Below are positions 50,399-60,939 of a stretch of 64,000 bases of DNA, one piece after another. The notes beneath the pieces were generated by a model, which worked only from the letters and a program-made list of their open reading frames with translations, did no database searches and was not told the origin of the DNA. Source of the stretch: Candidatus Krumholzibacteriota bacterium (GTDB lineage Bacteria > Krumholzibacteriota > Krumholzibacteriia > LZORAL124-64-63); assembly GCA_039714075.1 (NCBI GenBank), contig JBDLKA010000001.1, positions 32,001-96,000 of the forward strand. The letters are read 5' to 3'. Position numbers and translations under genes: made by a program. How positions within the stretch are numbered: the stretch's first letter is position 1; each line of letters starts with the position of its first letter.

Positions 50399-52552
50399 AT
50401 GACCGCCAACCCCAATCCCGGTTCCGACGAAGTGCGCGAGGACGACGCCCAGGCGACGACTCCCGCCAGCGAAACGGAACAAACTCCCAAACCCGATTCC
50501 CAGGACGAAGAGCGGACCAGCGCCCATGCCGCGGCCGCCGAAGTCCTGCCGACTCCCGCGGCTCCCCGTCTGAGCACCGAGTACGATCCCGACAGCATCG
50601 TCAACTTCGATTTTCTCGAGGAAGAGGATCAGGATTGGGAACTGAGCTCGGACGAGATGCTGACTTTGATCAACCAGTACGAAGAGACCCTGACGGACAT
50701 CCAGGAGGGCCAGATCCTCAAGGGCACCGTCATCGAGGTCCGGGAAAACGAAGTCCTGCTCAACATCGGCTTCAAGAGTGAAGGCGTGATCAGCAGGGAA
50801 GAGTTCGGCGCCATGACCGTGGACGTGAACGACACGTTCGACGTTTTCCTCGAAAAACTCGAGAACCAGGACGGTCTGGTCGTGCTCTCCAAGGAGCGGG
50901 CCGACTTCCTGAAGGTCTGGGACAAGATCAAGGTGGCCCACGAGGCCGGCGACGTCGTGACCGGTACCGTGGACCGGCGGATCAAGGGTGGATTGGTGGT
51001 CAAGCTGTGGGGCGTGGACACGTTCCTGCCCGGCAGCCAGGTGGCCCTGCGCCAGGTGCCGAACCTGGAAGACATGATCGGCGAGGAAATCCAGTGCCGC
51101 ATCATCAAGAAGAACAAGCGCCGCCGGAACGTTGTCGTGTCCCGGCGTATCGTGCTCGAGCAGGAGCGTGAAGAGAAGAAGCGCGCCCTCATTTCCGAGC
51201 TCGAAAAGGGCCAGGTGCGCCTGGGTGTCGTCAAGAACATCACCGACTTCGGCGCCTTCGTCGACCTCGGCGGCATCGACGGCCTGCTGCACATCACCGA
51301 CCTGAGCTGGGGCCGCGTCTCGCACCCGAGCGAAGTCGTGGCCATCGGCCAGGAGATCGAGGTCAAGGTGCTGGACTTCGAGGAAGAGCGCGAGCGCATC
51401 AGCCTCGGCCTGAAACAACTGCAGTCGTACCCCTGGGACAACGTGGAAGAGCGTTACCCCGAGGACGCCGTGGTGCGCGGCCGCGTGGTCTCCATCACCA
51501 ACTACGGCGCCTTTGTCGAACTGGAGCGCGGTGTCGAGGGTCTGATCCACATCAGCGAGATGAGCTGGACCCGCCACATCAAGCATCCGTCCAAGGTCGT
51601 TTCCATCGGCGACGAAGTCGACGTGATGGTCCTGAAGATCGACAAGGAAAACGAGAAGATCAGCCTCGGGCTCAAGCAGTGCGAGAGCGATCCCTGGATC
51701 ACCCTGATCGAGCGGTACCCGATGGGTTCGGTCATCGAGGGCAAGGTCCGGAACCTGACCGACTTCGGTGCTTTCGTCGAGGTCGAGGAAGGCATCGACG
51801 GGCTGGTTCACATTTCCGACATGAGTTGGACCCGGCGGGTGCGCCATCCCAAGGAAATGCTCAAGCGGGGCGACAGCGTGCAGGTGCAGATCCTGGACAT
51901 CGATACCGGCAAGCGCCGGATCAGCCTGGGCATCAAGCAGATGACCGAAAACCCTTGGCCCGTCCTGGCCGAGAGCTATCCCGTGGGCCACACCCTCGAG
52001 GGTACGATCAGCCGAATGCTGGACCACGGGGTCATCGTGGAGATGGGAGAGGACCTGGAGGGTTTCGTGCCCATCGGACACCTCGGCATCCCCAAGCTGG
52101 ACAAGCCCCAGTACTACTTCAAGGAAGGCGAAAATGCCGACCTGAAGGTCATCAAGATGGACGTCGAGAACCGGCGGATCGTCCTTTCCATCGCCGAGAG
52201 GCTGAAGGATTTCGACGATGACGCCACCGAGGAGTTCATCAACGCCCATCCGCGTCTCGAGGATGTCGTGGCGGCCGAAGCTGCTGCAGAGGCCGAAGGC
52301 GCCGGTCCGGACCAGCAGGGGCATGGTGACCAGGACGACGTCTACAAAGAAGAAGTCGAAACGCCGGCGGCTCCCGCCGAGGCTCCCGCAGAGGCACCGG
52401 CCGAAGCTTCCGCACCGGAGGCCGAAGTCGAGACCGAAGCTGCTGACGCCCCTGTTGAGGCGGAAGCGGCCGAGGATTCCTCCGCTGAAGTTTCCGAGCC
52501 GGCCCCGGAAGAGGCCGCGCCGGAGGCCGCCGAGGAAGACAAGGAAAAGTAG
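50399..52552 (+). CDS. rpsA: 30S ribosomal protein S1 with acidic extensions at both ends
   Basis: Six S1 repeats (for example VKNITDFGAFVDLGGIDGLLHITDLSW); strong RBS. Confidence 0.97.
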   Translation: MTANPNPGSDEVREDDAQATTPASETEQTPKPDSQDEERTSAHAAAAEVLPTPAAPRLSTEYDPDSIVNFDFLEEEDQDWELSSDEMLTLINQYEETLTDIQEGQILKGTVIEVRENEVLLNIGFKSEGVISREEFGAMTVDVNDTFDVFLEKLENQDGLVVLSKERADFLKVWDKIKVAHEAGDVVTGTVDRRIKGGLVVKLWGVDTFLPGSQVALRQVPNLEDMIGEEIQCRIIKKNKRRRNVVVSRRIVLEQEREEKKRALISELEKGQVRLGVVKNITDFGAFVDLGGIDGLLHITDLSWGRVSHPSEVVAIGQEIEVKVLDFEEERERISLGLKQLQSYPWDNVEERYPEDAVVRGRVVSITNYGAFVELERGVEGLIHISEMSWTRHIKHPSKVVSIGDEVDVMVLKIDKENEKISLGLKQCESDPWITLIERYPMGSVIEGKVRNLTDFGAFVEVEEGIDGLVHISDMSWTRRVRHPKEMLKRGDSVQVQILDIDTGKRRISLGIKQMTENPWPVLAESYPVGHTLEGTISRMLDHGVIVEMGEDLEGFVPIGHLGIPKLDKPQYYFKEGENADLKVIKMDVENRRIVLSIAERLKDFDDDATEEFINAHPRLEDVVAAEAAAEAEGAGPDQQGHGDQDDVYKEEVETPAAPAEAPAEAPAEASAPEAEVETEAADAPVEAEAAEDSSAEVSEPAPEEAAPEAAEEDKEK

Positions 52553-52591
52553 GGAACACCGGATCCGGATTCCGGTTCTGATCCGCCCGTG

Positions 52592-52627
52592 AGAGGGGCG
52601 GGGGTAATACCTCCGTCCCTCTTTTTT
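52592..52627 (+). terminator. Intrinsic terminator after rpsA
   Basis: AGAGGGGCGGGGGT-aat-ACCTCCGTCCCTCT stem followed by a T-run. Confidence 0.85.
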
Positions 52628-52675
52628 GAATAATGACCCCTGAATGACGATTGAGCGTTTTTTCCTGGAGCCGAG

Positions 52676-54094
52676 ATGAAGGAATTGCAGGATCTCCAGC
52701 CCCTGACCGCCGTGAACCCGGCTTCGGATCCCGCGGGCACCCCCTTGCGGGTCGCCTTCTGGACCCTGGGATGCCGCCTGAATCAATACGACACCGAAGG
52801 CATCAAAACCTCCATGGCGGGCGTCTATGATATCGATGTGGTTAAATGGAACGATCCCGCCCACCTGTATGTCCTGAACAGCTGCACCGTCACCGCCAAG
52901 GCCGACCAGGAGTGCCGCCGGCTGGCCCGCCAGGTCAAGCGCCGCCATCCGCGCAGCAAGGTCGTCGTCGCGGGGTGTTACGCCCAGACCCAACCCGACG
53001 CCCTGGCGGCCGTTCCCGAAATCGACGGCGTGGTCGGCAACACGGACAAGGACGATGTGGCTGCCTGGCTGCCCCGGGTCATGGACGAACAGGCCCTGAC
53101 CATGAAGGTGGAGGAGTTCCAGGAGAAACCCGAATTCGATTCTCCCCTGATCGACAGTTTTTCCGGGCGCAGCCGGGCCTTCGTCAAGATCCAGGACGGC
53201 TGCAACCTGCGCTGCACCTATTGCCTGATCTGGCGGGCCCGCGGACCCGGGCGCAGCCGTTCCATGGACGACGTTCTGGCCCAGCTCAACCTTTTGGTGG
53301 AGCGCGGATATCCGGAAACCATCCTGGCGGGGATCCACCTCGGAGGATATGGCCGTGATCTGCAGCCCCGACTCGGCCTGCCTGATCTGCTGGAAACCTG
53401 CCTGCGGGAAATCCCCTCTTTGCGGATCCGCTTGAGCAGCATCCACCCCAACGAGGTGACGCCCCGCCTGCTGGAGATGTTCGCGAACAACCCGCGCCTG
53501 CGACCCCACCTGCACATCTCGCTGCAAAGCGGCAGCGACGGCGTCCTCAAACGAATGAAACGCCCCTACCGCGGCGAACGCGCCTGGCAGGCCATGCGCG
53601 ATGTCGCCGCCACCGTGCCTCATTTCGGGATCGGCGCCGACATCATCGTCGGGTTCCCGGGCGAGACCGACGCCGAGTTCGAGGACACCCGCCGCATGGT
53701 GGAGGAACTTCCCTTCAGCTACCTGCATGTGTTCCGCTTTTCCCGGCGTCCGGGCACGGCCGCCGCCGACATGGAGGGGCAGGTCCACCCGGAGACCATA
53801 ACCCGGCGCAGCGAAATATTGCGCGACCTGGCCGAAGTCAAGAAGGCGGAATTCAGCCGCAACCTGGTGGGCACCGTGCGCGAGGTCGTCATCGAGGCCG
53901 AGGGCGACATCCCCGGCTGGCGACAGGCGACCACCGACAACTACGTGACGGTCCTGGTTCCCGAGGCCGCCACCGGGCCCGCCGCCGCGGGATCCCTGAT
54001 CAATGTCCGCGTGGACGAATATTCCGACCAGCGTCTGTATGCTTCGGTCCTCGGTTCCGGCGCCGGATCAGGTCCCCGCGGGCAGGAGGTTTGA
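52676..54094 (+). CDS. mtaB: tRNA t6A37 methylthiotransferase MtaB
   Basis: TLGCRLNQYD, NSCTVT, GCYAQ, KIQDGCNLRCTYC. Confidence 0.9.
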   Translation: MKELQDLQPLTAVNPASDPAGTPLRVAFWTLGCRLNQYDTEGIKTSMAGVYDIDVVKWNDPAHLYVLNSCTVTAKADQECRRLARQVKRRHPRSKVVVAGCYAQTQPDALAAVPEIDGVVGNTDKDDVAAWLPRVMDEQALTMKVEEFQEKPEFDSPLIDSFSGRSRAFVKIQDGCNLRCTYCLIWRARGPGRSRSMDDVLAQLNLLVERGYPETILAGIHLGGYGRDLQPRLGLPDLLETCLREIPSLRIRLSSIHPNEVTPRLLEMFANNPRLRPHLHISLQSGSDGVLKRMKRPYRGERAWQAMRDVAATVPHFGIGADIIVGFPGETDAEFEDTRRMVEELPFSYLHVFRFSRRPGTAAADMEGQVHPETITRRSEILRDLAEVKKAEFSRNLVGTVREVVIEAEGDIPGWRQATTDNYVTVLVPEAATGPAAAGSLINVRVDEYSDQRLYASVLGSGAGSGPRGQEV

Positions 54095-54095
54095 G

Positions 54096-55487
54096 ATGGC
54101 CACCTTCCAGGGCGACCTTCCCGATCTGACCAACGCGGCCAAGGTTCCCACCGACGGACCTGAAATCTACATCGAAACCTACGGTTGCCAGATGAACGTC
54201 TACGACAGCCAGGTCATCAGCGGCCTGTTGGAAGGTGCCGGCTTCCGTCTGTCCGACAGTGAGCTGGGTGCCGATGTCATCCTCTTGAACACCTGCAGCG
54301 TCCGGGACCTGGCGGAGCACAAGATCATCAGCAGGGTGGGGGAGCTGCGGCATCGCCGGCAGAAGGCGGAACTGCCCCAGCCGGTGATCGGAATCTGCGG
54401 CTGCATGGCCGAACGCCTGGGCAAGGACCTGCGCAAGGGCCCGCGGCGTGTGGACCTGGTGGTCGGTGTCGACAGCTACGACACCCTGCCGGAGGTCATC
54501 CGCGGTTTGACCGCCCAACTGGACGGCCCGGTTCCCGAAGCGGTACGGACCAGGGTCGGGCATCGCAGCGACACCCATTACGTGGCGCCGCCGTCCCTGT
54601 ATCCGACCAACAACAGCCACTTGGTGACCATCCACAAGGGCTGCGACTACAAATGCACCTACTGCATCGTTCCCTACACGCGCGGTCCGCAGAGTGAAAA
54701 GGATCCCGACACCATCCTGAAGGAGATCCGGGGCATCGTGGCCGCCGGTGGCGACGAGATCACCCTGCTGGGCCAGAACGTGACGGCCTATCGCTGGGGC
54801 GAGGGACTGGACTTCGCCGGTCTTCTGGACCTGGTAGCCCAGGTCGAAGGGCTGGAGCGCATCCGTTTCCTCACCGGTCATCCCCGGGACATGCACCCTC
54901 ACCTGATGGATACGATCGCCCGCCTGGACAAGGTCTGCCCCTGGCTGCATCTGCCGGTGCAAAGCGGGAGCAATCGCGTGCTCCGCCGCATGAAGCGGCT
55001 TTACACCAGCGGCGAATACCTGGACATGGTGGATTATGCGCGCCGGGTGATTCCCGACGTCACCTTTTCGGCGGACATCATCGTGGGCTTCCCGGGCGAA
55101 ACCGAGGCCGATTTCCAGGATACCCTTGAGGTCATCCGCCGGGTGAAGTACGATCAGCTTTTCTCGTTCAAGTATTCCGAACGTCCGGGTGTTCCGGCGG
55201 CCCGCCTGCCCGACGATGTTCCGGTGGACGAGAAGAAAAGGCGCCTTGCCGAACTCATCAAAGTCCAGGATGATATCTGGAACAAGATGGCCGCGGGGCA
55301 GGTTGGAAGCGAGTGGAACGCCATTGCCGAGGCTGCGGCGCGCCGGCCGGCCGGCAGTTGGCGGCTGCGGACCGCCAACAACCGCAAGGTTGTCCTGCAC
55401 GACGCTTCCCTCGGAATCGGAGAGCAGGTCCGGGTCCGGATCACGGACTGGGCCAACACCACCTTCGTGGGCGAACTGGTGACCTGA
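54096..55487 (+). CDS. miaB: tRNA i6A37 methylthiotransferase MiaB
   Basis: TYGCQMNVYDS, NTCSVR, GCMA, GCDYKCTYCIVPYTRG, TRAM-like C-terminus. Confidence 0.93.
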   Translation: MATFQGDLPDLTNAAKVPTDGPEIYIETYGCQMNVYDSQVISGLLEGAGFRLSDSELGADVILLNTCSVRDLAEHKIISRVGELRHRRQKAELPQPVIGICGCMAERLGKDLRKGPRRVDLVVGVDSYDTLPEVIRGLTAQLDGPVPEAVRTRVGHRSDTHYVAPPSLYPTNNSHLVTIHKGCDYKCTYCIVPYTRGPQSEKDPDTILKEIRGIVAAGGDEITLLGQNVTAYRWGEGLDFAGLLDLVAQVEGLERIRFLTGHPRDMHPHLMDTIARLDKVCPWLHLPVQSGSNRVLRRMKRLYTSGEYLDMVDYARRVIPDVTFSADIIVGFPGETEADFQDTLEVIRRVKYDQLFSFKYSERPGVPAARLPDDVPVDEKKRRLAELIKVQDDIWNKMAAGQVGSEWNAIAEAAARRPAGSWRLRTANNRKVVLHDASLGIGEQVRVRITDWANTTFVGELVT

Positions 55488-55525
55488 ATTCCGCCTGACC
55501 GGGCGGGTGAGAAAGAGGTATTACC

Positions 55526-55858
55526 GTGTGGGTATTCAAGGGCGTTCTCTTTCTGCTGCTTCTGTTCGCACTGGTTTATTTTTTCGTCACCAACAGTGGA
55601 CAGAGCGTCGACATCAATTTTTTCGGCAAGGCCTTCCTGGGCATCTCCATCTACTGGGTCGTGGTGGCTTGCTTCCTGCTGGGATTCGCCACCAGCTTTG
55701 TCCTGGCCGCCTTCCGGGAATTCAAGTTCCACCGGGTGATAGGACGACTGAAACGCGAGGCGGCCGTCAAGGACCGGGAGATAGCCGACCTGCGCACCCT
55801 GCCGCTCCAATCCATGGGAGCCGACCAACAGGACAATTCCACCGCGGGAGTTGATTGA
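55526..55858 (+). CDS. lapA: LapA-family (lipopolysaccharide assembly protein A) membrane protein
   Basis: TM-N..V.I.F-TM-coiled-coil layout, directly upstream of a LapB-like gene. Confidence 0.75.
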   Translation: MWVFKGVLFLLLLFALVYFFVTNSGQSVDINFFGKAFLGISIYWVVVACFLLGFATSFVLAAFREFKFHRVIGRLKREAAVKDREIADLRTLPLQSMGADQQDNSTAGVD

Positions 55859-57029
55859 GGTGCCGAACTTCCTGCCCCTGGTTGTCGGAATCCTGGTCAT
55901 GGTCGCCGCCGGGTTCGCGGTCTACCTGACCTTCCGTGACAACAAAACCGCTCCGGACGGCGGCGATTATCTTCACGCGCTCGAGCACTGGATCGAAGGC
56001 GACCTTCCCGAAGCGGCCGCGCTTCTGCAAAAGGTCGTCCAGGACGACCCGGAAGCCGTGGATCCGTTTCTCCAGCTGGGCAACCTTTTGCGCATCCAGG
56101 GGGACCCCGAAAGGGCGGCCGTCCTGCACCGCGGGCTGACCGTCCGCTCCAACCTGACCATGGAGCAGAAACTGGCGGTCGGGTTGGCCCTGGCCGAAGA
56201 CCTCAACACCCTGTCCCAATGGGAGGGGGCCCGCGACGTTCTGGACTCCCTGCCGCGCGCCGCCATGGTCCGGTCCCGCTACTGGAAAGCCCGCTTCCAC
56301 CAGTGGCACGGCATGGACGACCGCCCCGAGGCCGCCCGCACACTCAAAAACGCCCAGCGCCAATGCCAGGAAAAGGATCGCCCCTGGTTTCAAGCGGCCT
56401 ACGCCAGCTATCAGCTTGATCGCGCCCTCGACCACGCCCTGTCCAATGAAATGGGGGAGGCCAAATCCCGGCTGAAGGACGTCAGGAACCTGGCGGGGAC
56501 CCAATCCCGCAGCGCGCTGGTGCGGGCCGTCATCGCAGCCATGGAAAACGATGCCGCGGCCGCGGTTTCCATCGCCAGCGACAGCCTGCTGGACAGCCCC
56601 GAGGAACTGGACATCTTCCTGCCCCTGCTGCAGGAGGTCCTGTTGCAGTCGGGTCAATTCGCGCGCTCCTTACCCATCCTAGAGCGGGCCTGCCAGTCGG
56701 AAAACGCGCCGCCATCCCTGTGGATCGATCTGGCCATGCTCTATGAAAAACTCGACCACCGGGAAAAGGCCCTCCGCCTGCTGGAGAACAAAACGGGTCG
56801 GAAAAGTTTCACGCCCAACGCCGCCGCTCCCTACCTGAAAATGCTTGTGGACGATGTCCCCGACAGCGACTTCGCGAAAGTCTGGCGGATGTTGAGCATG
56901 CCCCACGGACCCGAAGGCTGGGTTTGCCGCAAATGCGACCGCCGCGAAGAACGGGTCCGCTGGTTCTGTCCCGAATGTCTTGGCTTTCATACCTATGGTC
57001 CGTGGGCTCCCAACGGGGAGGTGACCTGA
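55851..57029 (+). CDS. lapB: LapB/YciM-like TPR protein with a C-terminal rubredoxin zinc-binding domain
   Basis: N-terminal TM, LQLGNLLRIQGD..RA..LH, and CRKC...WFCPEC. Confidence 0.8.
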   Translation: MIEVPNFLPLVVGILVMVAAGFAVYLTFRDNKTAPDGGDYLHALEHWIEGDLPEAAALLQKVVQDDPEAVDPFLQLGNLLRIQGDPERAAVLHRGLTVRSNLTMEQKLAVGLALAEDLNTLSQWEGARDVLDSLPRAAMVRSRYWKARFHQWHGMDDRPEAARTLKNAQRQCQEKDRPWFQAAYASYQLDRALDHALSNEMGEAKSRLKDVRNLAGTQSRSALVRAVIAAMENDAAAAVSIASDSLLDSPEELDIFLPLLQEVLLQSGQFARSLPILERACQSENAPPSLWIDLAMLYEKLDHREKALRLLENKTGRKSFTPNAAAPYLKMLVDDVPDSDFAKVWRMLSMPHGPEGWVCRKCDRREERVRWFCPECLGFHTYGPWAPNGEVT

Positions 57030-57031
57030 TC

Positions 57032-58105
57032 GTGAGCAGGTTCAACGTGAAGAACAAATTTTCCGGAGGAATTTTGCGTGCTGTTTTGCTGGGGGCATTG
57101 ATCGCCCTGCCGGCTTTCGGAACCCTGGACTCGGTGGCCGAACTTTTCCAGGCCGCCCACTATGACGACGCCCTGCTCGCCCTCGAACAGGGAGATGAAG
57201 GCCTGCGGGCCGGAGAGGGTTCCCTGTGGCAGGCGCGGCTGACCGCCGATCCCGCCAAGGCGCTGCTGATCCTACGGGAAGGCTTGTCGGACAAACGTCT
57301 GCCCGAACAGGTCAAGACCCGCATGATCCTGGAAACCGCCGACATCGAATTCGGCCTGGGCCACTATCAGTCCACCCTGAAGGCCCTGGCGCCCTTGCTG
57401 AACAACGATATGGCCGAGGTGCCCGGCGAAGCACACCTGAAGGCCGGTCTTTCGCTCCGCGCCCTGAACCGTCTGCAGAAGGCCCGCGAAATGCTGGCCT
57501 CGGTCAAACCCCAGGATCCGGCCTTCCCAGCGGCCCGCTATTATCTGGGGGACATTGCTCTTGAGCAGGATGATCCCGGGCTGGCCCTGAGGTATTTCGA
57601 GACCGCGGCCGCGGGGTCCGGGTCCGGTTCCCATTACCGGGTCGCCGGAGGCCGTTGGCGTGCCCTTGTGGGTGAGGGCCGCAAAGACGAGGCGGCCGAT
57701 CTGGCCAAGAGGCTGGCGGAAGACGCGCCCGGCAGTCTGGCCATGTTGGAAATCCAAAGAATCCGCAGGTCTCACCAGGAAGAACTGGACGCCATGGCTA
57801 TGGAGGAGACCTCGGAAGCGGAGTCCGGTCAGGACAGGGCGTCACGGGGCCGCTATGCCCTGCAGCTGGGAGCCTTCAGCGACCGCGGCCTGGCCTTGGC
57901 GTTCATGCGACGTTTCCGTGGCCAGTTGCCCGATGTGCGGCTGGATGAAGTCCGTGACGACCGGGGACAGTTCCTGTACAAGGTCCGCACCGGGTCTTTC
58001 GTCAATCCCGCCCTGGCCCGTACCGAAGCCAAACGCCTGGCCCGGCAACTGGACATCGAAGTCATCGTCGCCGATCTGTCCGAGAACGGCCAAGGGGTGG
58101 ATTGA
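57032..58105 (+). CDS. TPR plus SPOR domain periplasmic protein
   Basis: Signal peptide, TPR-like helices, and SPOR motif YALQLGAFS...YKVRTGSF. Confidence 0.8.
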   Translation: MSRFNVKNKFSGGILRAVLLGALIALPAFGTLDSVAELFQAAHYDDALLALEQGDEGLRAGEGSLWQARLTADPAKALLILREGLSDKRLPEQVKTRMILETADIEFGLGHYQSTLKALAPLLNNDMAEVPGEAHLKAGLSLRALNRLQKAREMLASVKPQDPAFPAARYYLGDIALEQDDPGLALRYFETAAAGSGSGSHYRVAGGRWRALVGEGRKDEAADLAKRLAEDAPGSLAMLEIQRIRRSHQEELDAMAMEETSEAESGQDRASRGRYALQLGAFSDRGLALAFMRRFRGQLPDVRLDEVRDDRGQFLYKVRTGSFVNPALARTEAKRLARQLDIEVIVADLSENGQGVD

Positions 58106-58114
58106 GCCGGTATC

Positions 58115-60781
58115 ATGACCCAACCCACCGGTAACAAAGGCCCCAAGACCACACCCATGCTGGCCCAGTACCTGGACATCAAGGCCCGGCATCCCGGTTC
58201 CCTGCTGCTGTTCCGCATGGGGGATTTCTACGAGACTTTTTTCGAGGATGCCCAGACCCTGGCCGCGGTGGCAGGCGTGACCCTGACCAGTCGCGATGCC
58301 AAGAGTGACCACCCCGTTCCCCTGGCCGGTGTTCCCTACCACGCTCTGGATACCTACCTGACACGTCTTCTCAACCACGGCCTCACCGTTGCCATCTGCG
58401 AGCAGGTGGAGGACCCCGCCCAGGCCAAGGGTCTGGTCAAGCGTGAGGTGGTGGAGGTCATCAGTCCCGGGACCGCCACCAGTCCCGAACTGGTGGACAC
58501 CGCTTCGGGCCGGTACTGCCTGGCCTGGCTGCCCCGGCAGGGAGCCTTCGACGGCTGGGCGCTGCTGGACGCTTCGACCGGTGATTTTCGCTGCGGCCAG
58601 GAAAGGGGCACCCTGGAGAGCCTGTGCCAGCGGCACCCGGTCAAGGAAGTCATCGTCGGCGAGGATACGGATCCCGACCTGATCTCCCGGTGGCGGACCA
58701 CTCTCGGCGGGATCGTCGTCAACCCCGTCAACACCGCCTGGTTTCATCACTCCTTCGCCCGTCAAACCCTGCTGGATCATTTCCAGGTGGCCAACCTGAC
58801 GGTTTTCGGCCTGGAGGACGAGAATCGGGAACCGGCATGCACCGCCGCCGGCGCCCTGCTGCGGTATCTGGGGGCCCTGGGTCTGCGCCGGCCGGATCAG
58901 GTCACCGGGCTGCGTTTCAGTGCCCGGACCGACCGCCTGGTGCTGGATGAAGAGACCCTGCGCAACCTGGAAATTTTCCGGACCTTCCGGGGCGATCGCG
59001 GCGAGGGAACCCTGGTCCACCATATCGACCGCACCCTGACTCCCATGGGCCGCCGTCTGCTGGAAATGCGCCTGGCCGAAGCCATGACCGACCTGGACGA
59101 ATTGCAGGGTTGGCATGCCGGCGTGGCCTCCGCTCTGGAAAACCGGTCGTGGCGGCGGGATCTCCGCGACATCCTGCGCAAGGTGGGAGACCTGGAAAGA
59201 CTTTCTTCGCGGGCGGCGACGGGACGGATCGGACCTGCCGGTATGCGGCATCTGGGAGCTACCCTGGACGCCTTGAACCAGTTGAAGGCCACAACGGGAC
59301 ACGACGATCACGCCGATCATCCGGTGAACCGCTGGCTGGATTCCCTGCCCGACTTCAGCGGTCTGGCCGCGGAAATCCTGAACACCATCGCCGAGGACGC
59401 CCCGGCGACCACCCGCAAGCCCGGTTATATCTGCGAAGGCCTCGACCAGGAGTTGGACCGCTGCCGCAGCATCACCCGGGACAGCAAGGGATTTCTGGCC
59501 GCCCTGCAGAACCGGGAGCGGGAAACCACCGGCATCAGCACCTTGAAGGTGGGCTTCAACCGGGTTTTCGGCTACTACCTGGACGTGACCAAGAAGCATC
59601 TGGACAAGGTCCCCGAACACTACCAGCAGAAGCAGACCCTGGTGGGTTCCTGCCGCTTCCACACCGAAGAGTTGAAAGAGGCCGAAAGCACCATCCTGGA
59701 AGCCGAGGAGAAAGCGGAACGCCTGGAAACCCTGGTCTTCCAGGGCCTGATCCAGAAGATTTCCCTGCACCTGAAGGACATCCGCGAGGCCTCCCGCTTG
59801 ACCGCCAATATCGACCTCATGCTCGCTTTCGCGGATCTCGCCGAGCAGCAGGACTACTGCAGGCCCGTCTGTGACGATTCGCTCGACCTGCAGATCACCG
59901 GCGGCCGGCATCCCGTGGTCGAGCAGCTGCTGGATCATGACTTCATTCCCAACGACACGCTTCTGGACAGCGGCGGCCACCAGGTCCTGCTGCTGACCGG
60001 CCCGAACATGGGCGGCAAGTCGACCTATCTGCGGCAGGTGGCCCTGATCACCCTCCTGGCCCAAACCGGCTGTTTCGTGCCCGCACGTTCGGCCCGGGTG
60101 GGCGTCACCGACCGGATTTTCACCCGCGTGGGGGCCAGCGACAACCTGGCGCGGGGTGAATCCACCTTCTACATGGAGATGAGTGAAACCGCCCACATCC
60201 TGCACCAGATGAGCCGCCGCAGCCTGGTCATTTTGGATGAGATCGGGCGGGGCACGTCCACCTACGACGGGCTTTCCCTGGCCTGGGCCATCACCGAGTT
60301 CCTCAGTTCGAATGACGGTCCGCGGCCCCGTTCGGTTTTCGCCACCCATTACCACGAATTGACGGAACTGGAAGCCGAGTTGCCCGGTTTGGTGAATCTG
60401 CGTCTGGAAGTCAAGGAGTGGGAGGGCAAGATCATATTCCTGCATTCGGTCAGCCCGGGCCGCAGCGACAAGAGCTACGGCATCCACGTGGCGCGCCTGG
60501 CCGGCCTGCCCGAAGGAGTGCTGCACCGGGCCCAGGAGATTCTCCACTCCCTGACCACCGCCGACCAACGCGACCTGCCGGCCCGGCGACCGGCGGCCGA
60601 AGACACCGGCGGAGCCTCCCTGGCGGCCGACCGCGCCGGCGGTCCTTCGAGTCAGCTGACCCTGTTCCGTGAGTCCGAAAGGGACGCCCTGCAGGCCCTG
60701 CGGACCCTGGATCTGGAAAAGCTCAGCCCCATGGATTCTTTCATGTGGCTGGTCCAGATCAAGAAACAGCTTGAAGATTAA
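58115..60781 (+). CDS. mutS: DNA mismatch repair protein MutS
   Basis: TPMLAQY, FRMGDFYE, TGPNMGGKSTYLRQ, STFYMEM, DEIGRGTST, ATHYHEL, SYGIHVA. Confidence 0.98.
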   Translation: MTQPTGNKGPKTTPMLAQYLDIKARHPGSLLLFRMGDFYETFFEDAQTLAAVAGVTLTSRDAKSDHPVPLAGVPYHALDTYLTRLLNHGLTVAICEQVEDPAQAKGLVKREVVEVISPGTATSPELVDTASGRYCLAWLPRQGAFDGWALLDASTGDFRCGQERGTLESLCQRHPVKEVIVGEDTDPDLISRWRTTLGGIVVNPVNTAWFHHSFARQTLLDHFQVANLTVFGLEDENREPACTAAGALLRYLGALGLRRPDQVTGLRFSARTDRLVLDEETLRNLEIFRTFRGDRGEGTLVHHIDRTLTPMGRRLLEMRLAEAMTDLDELQGWHAGVASALENRSWRRDLRDILRKVGDLERLSSRAATGRIGPAGMRHLGATLDALNQLKATTGHDDHADHPVNRWLDSLPDFSGLAAEILNTIAEDAPATTRKPGYICEGLDQELDRCRSITRDSKGFLAALQNRERETTGISTLKVGFNRVFGYYLDVTKKHLDKVPEHYQQKQTLVGSCRFHTEELKEAESTILEAEEKAERLETLVFQGLIQKISLHLKDIREASRLTANIDLMLAFADLAEQQDYCRPVCDDSLDLQITGGRHPVVEQLLDHDFIPNDTLLDSGGHQVLLLTGPNMGGKSTYLRQVALITLLAQTGCFVPARSARVGVTDRIFTRVGASDNLARGESTFYMEMSETAHILHQMSRRSLVILDEIGRGTSTYDGLSLAWAITEFLSSNDGPRPRSVFATHYHELTELEAELPGLVNLRLEVKEWEGKIIFLHSVSPGRSDKSYGIHVARLAGLPEGVLHRAQEILHSLTTADQRDLPARRPAAEDTGGASLAADRAGGPSSQLTLFRESERDALQALRTLDLEKLSPMDSFMWLVQIKKQLED

Positions 60782-60939
60782 GCCCCAATCATCTCTCTTG
60801 TAATATCTTCCGGATTTGACCGCTTTGGGGGCCAAGGTATTGTTCAACTGGTTGCCAGGCCCGCCGATACCATATGCAGTATATTGGATTCCGGGAGGCC
60901 TTTCGGCCTGGCGGTCGGGTCGAAATCCGTGGGAGTGTC

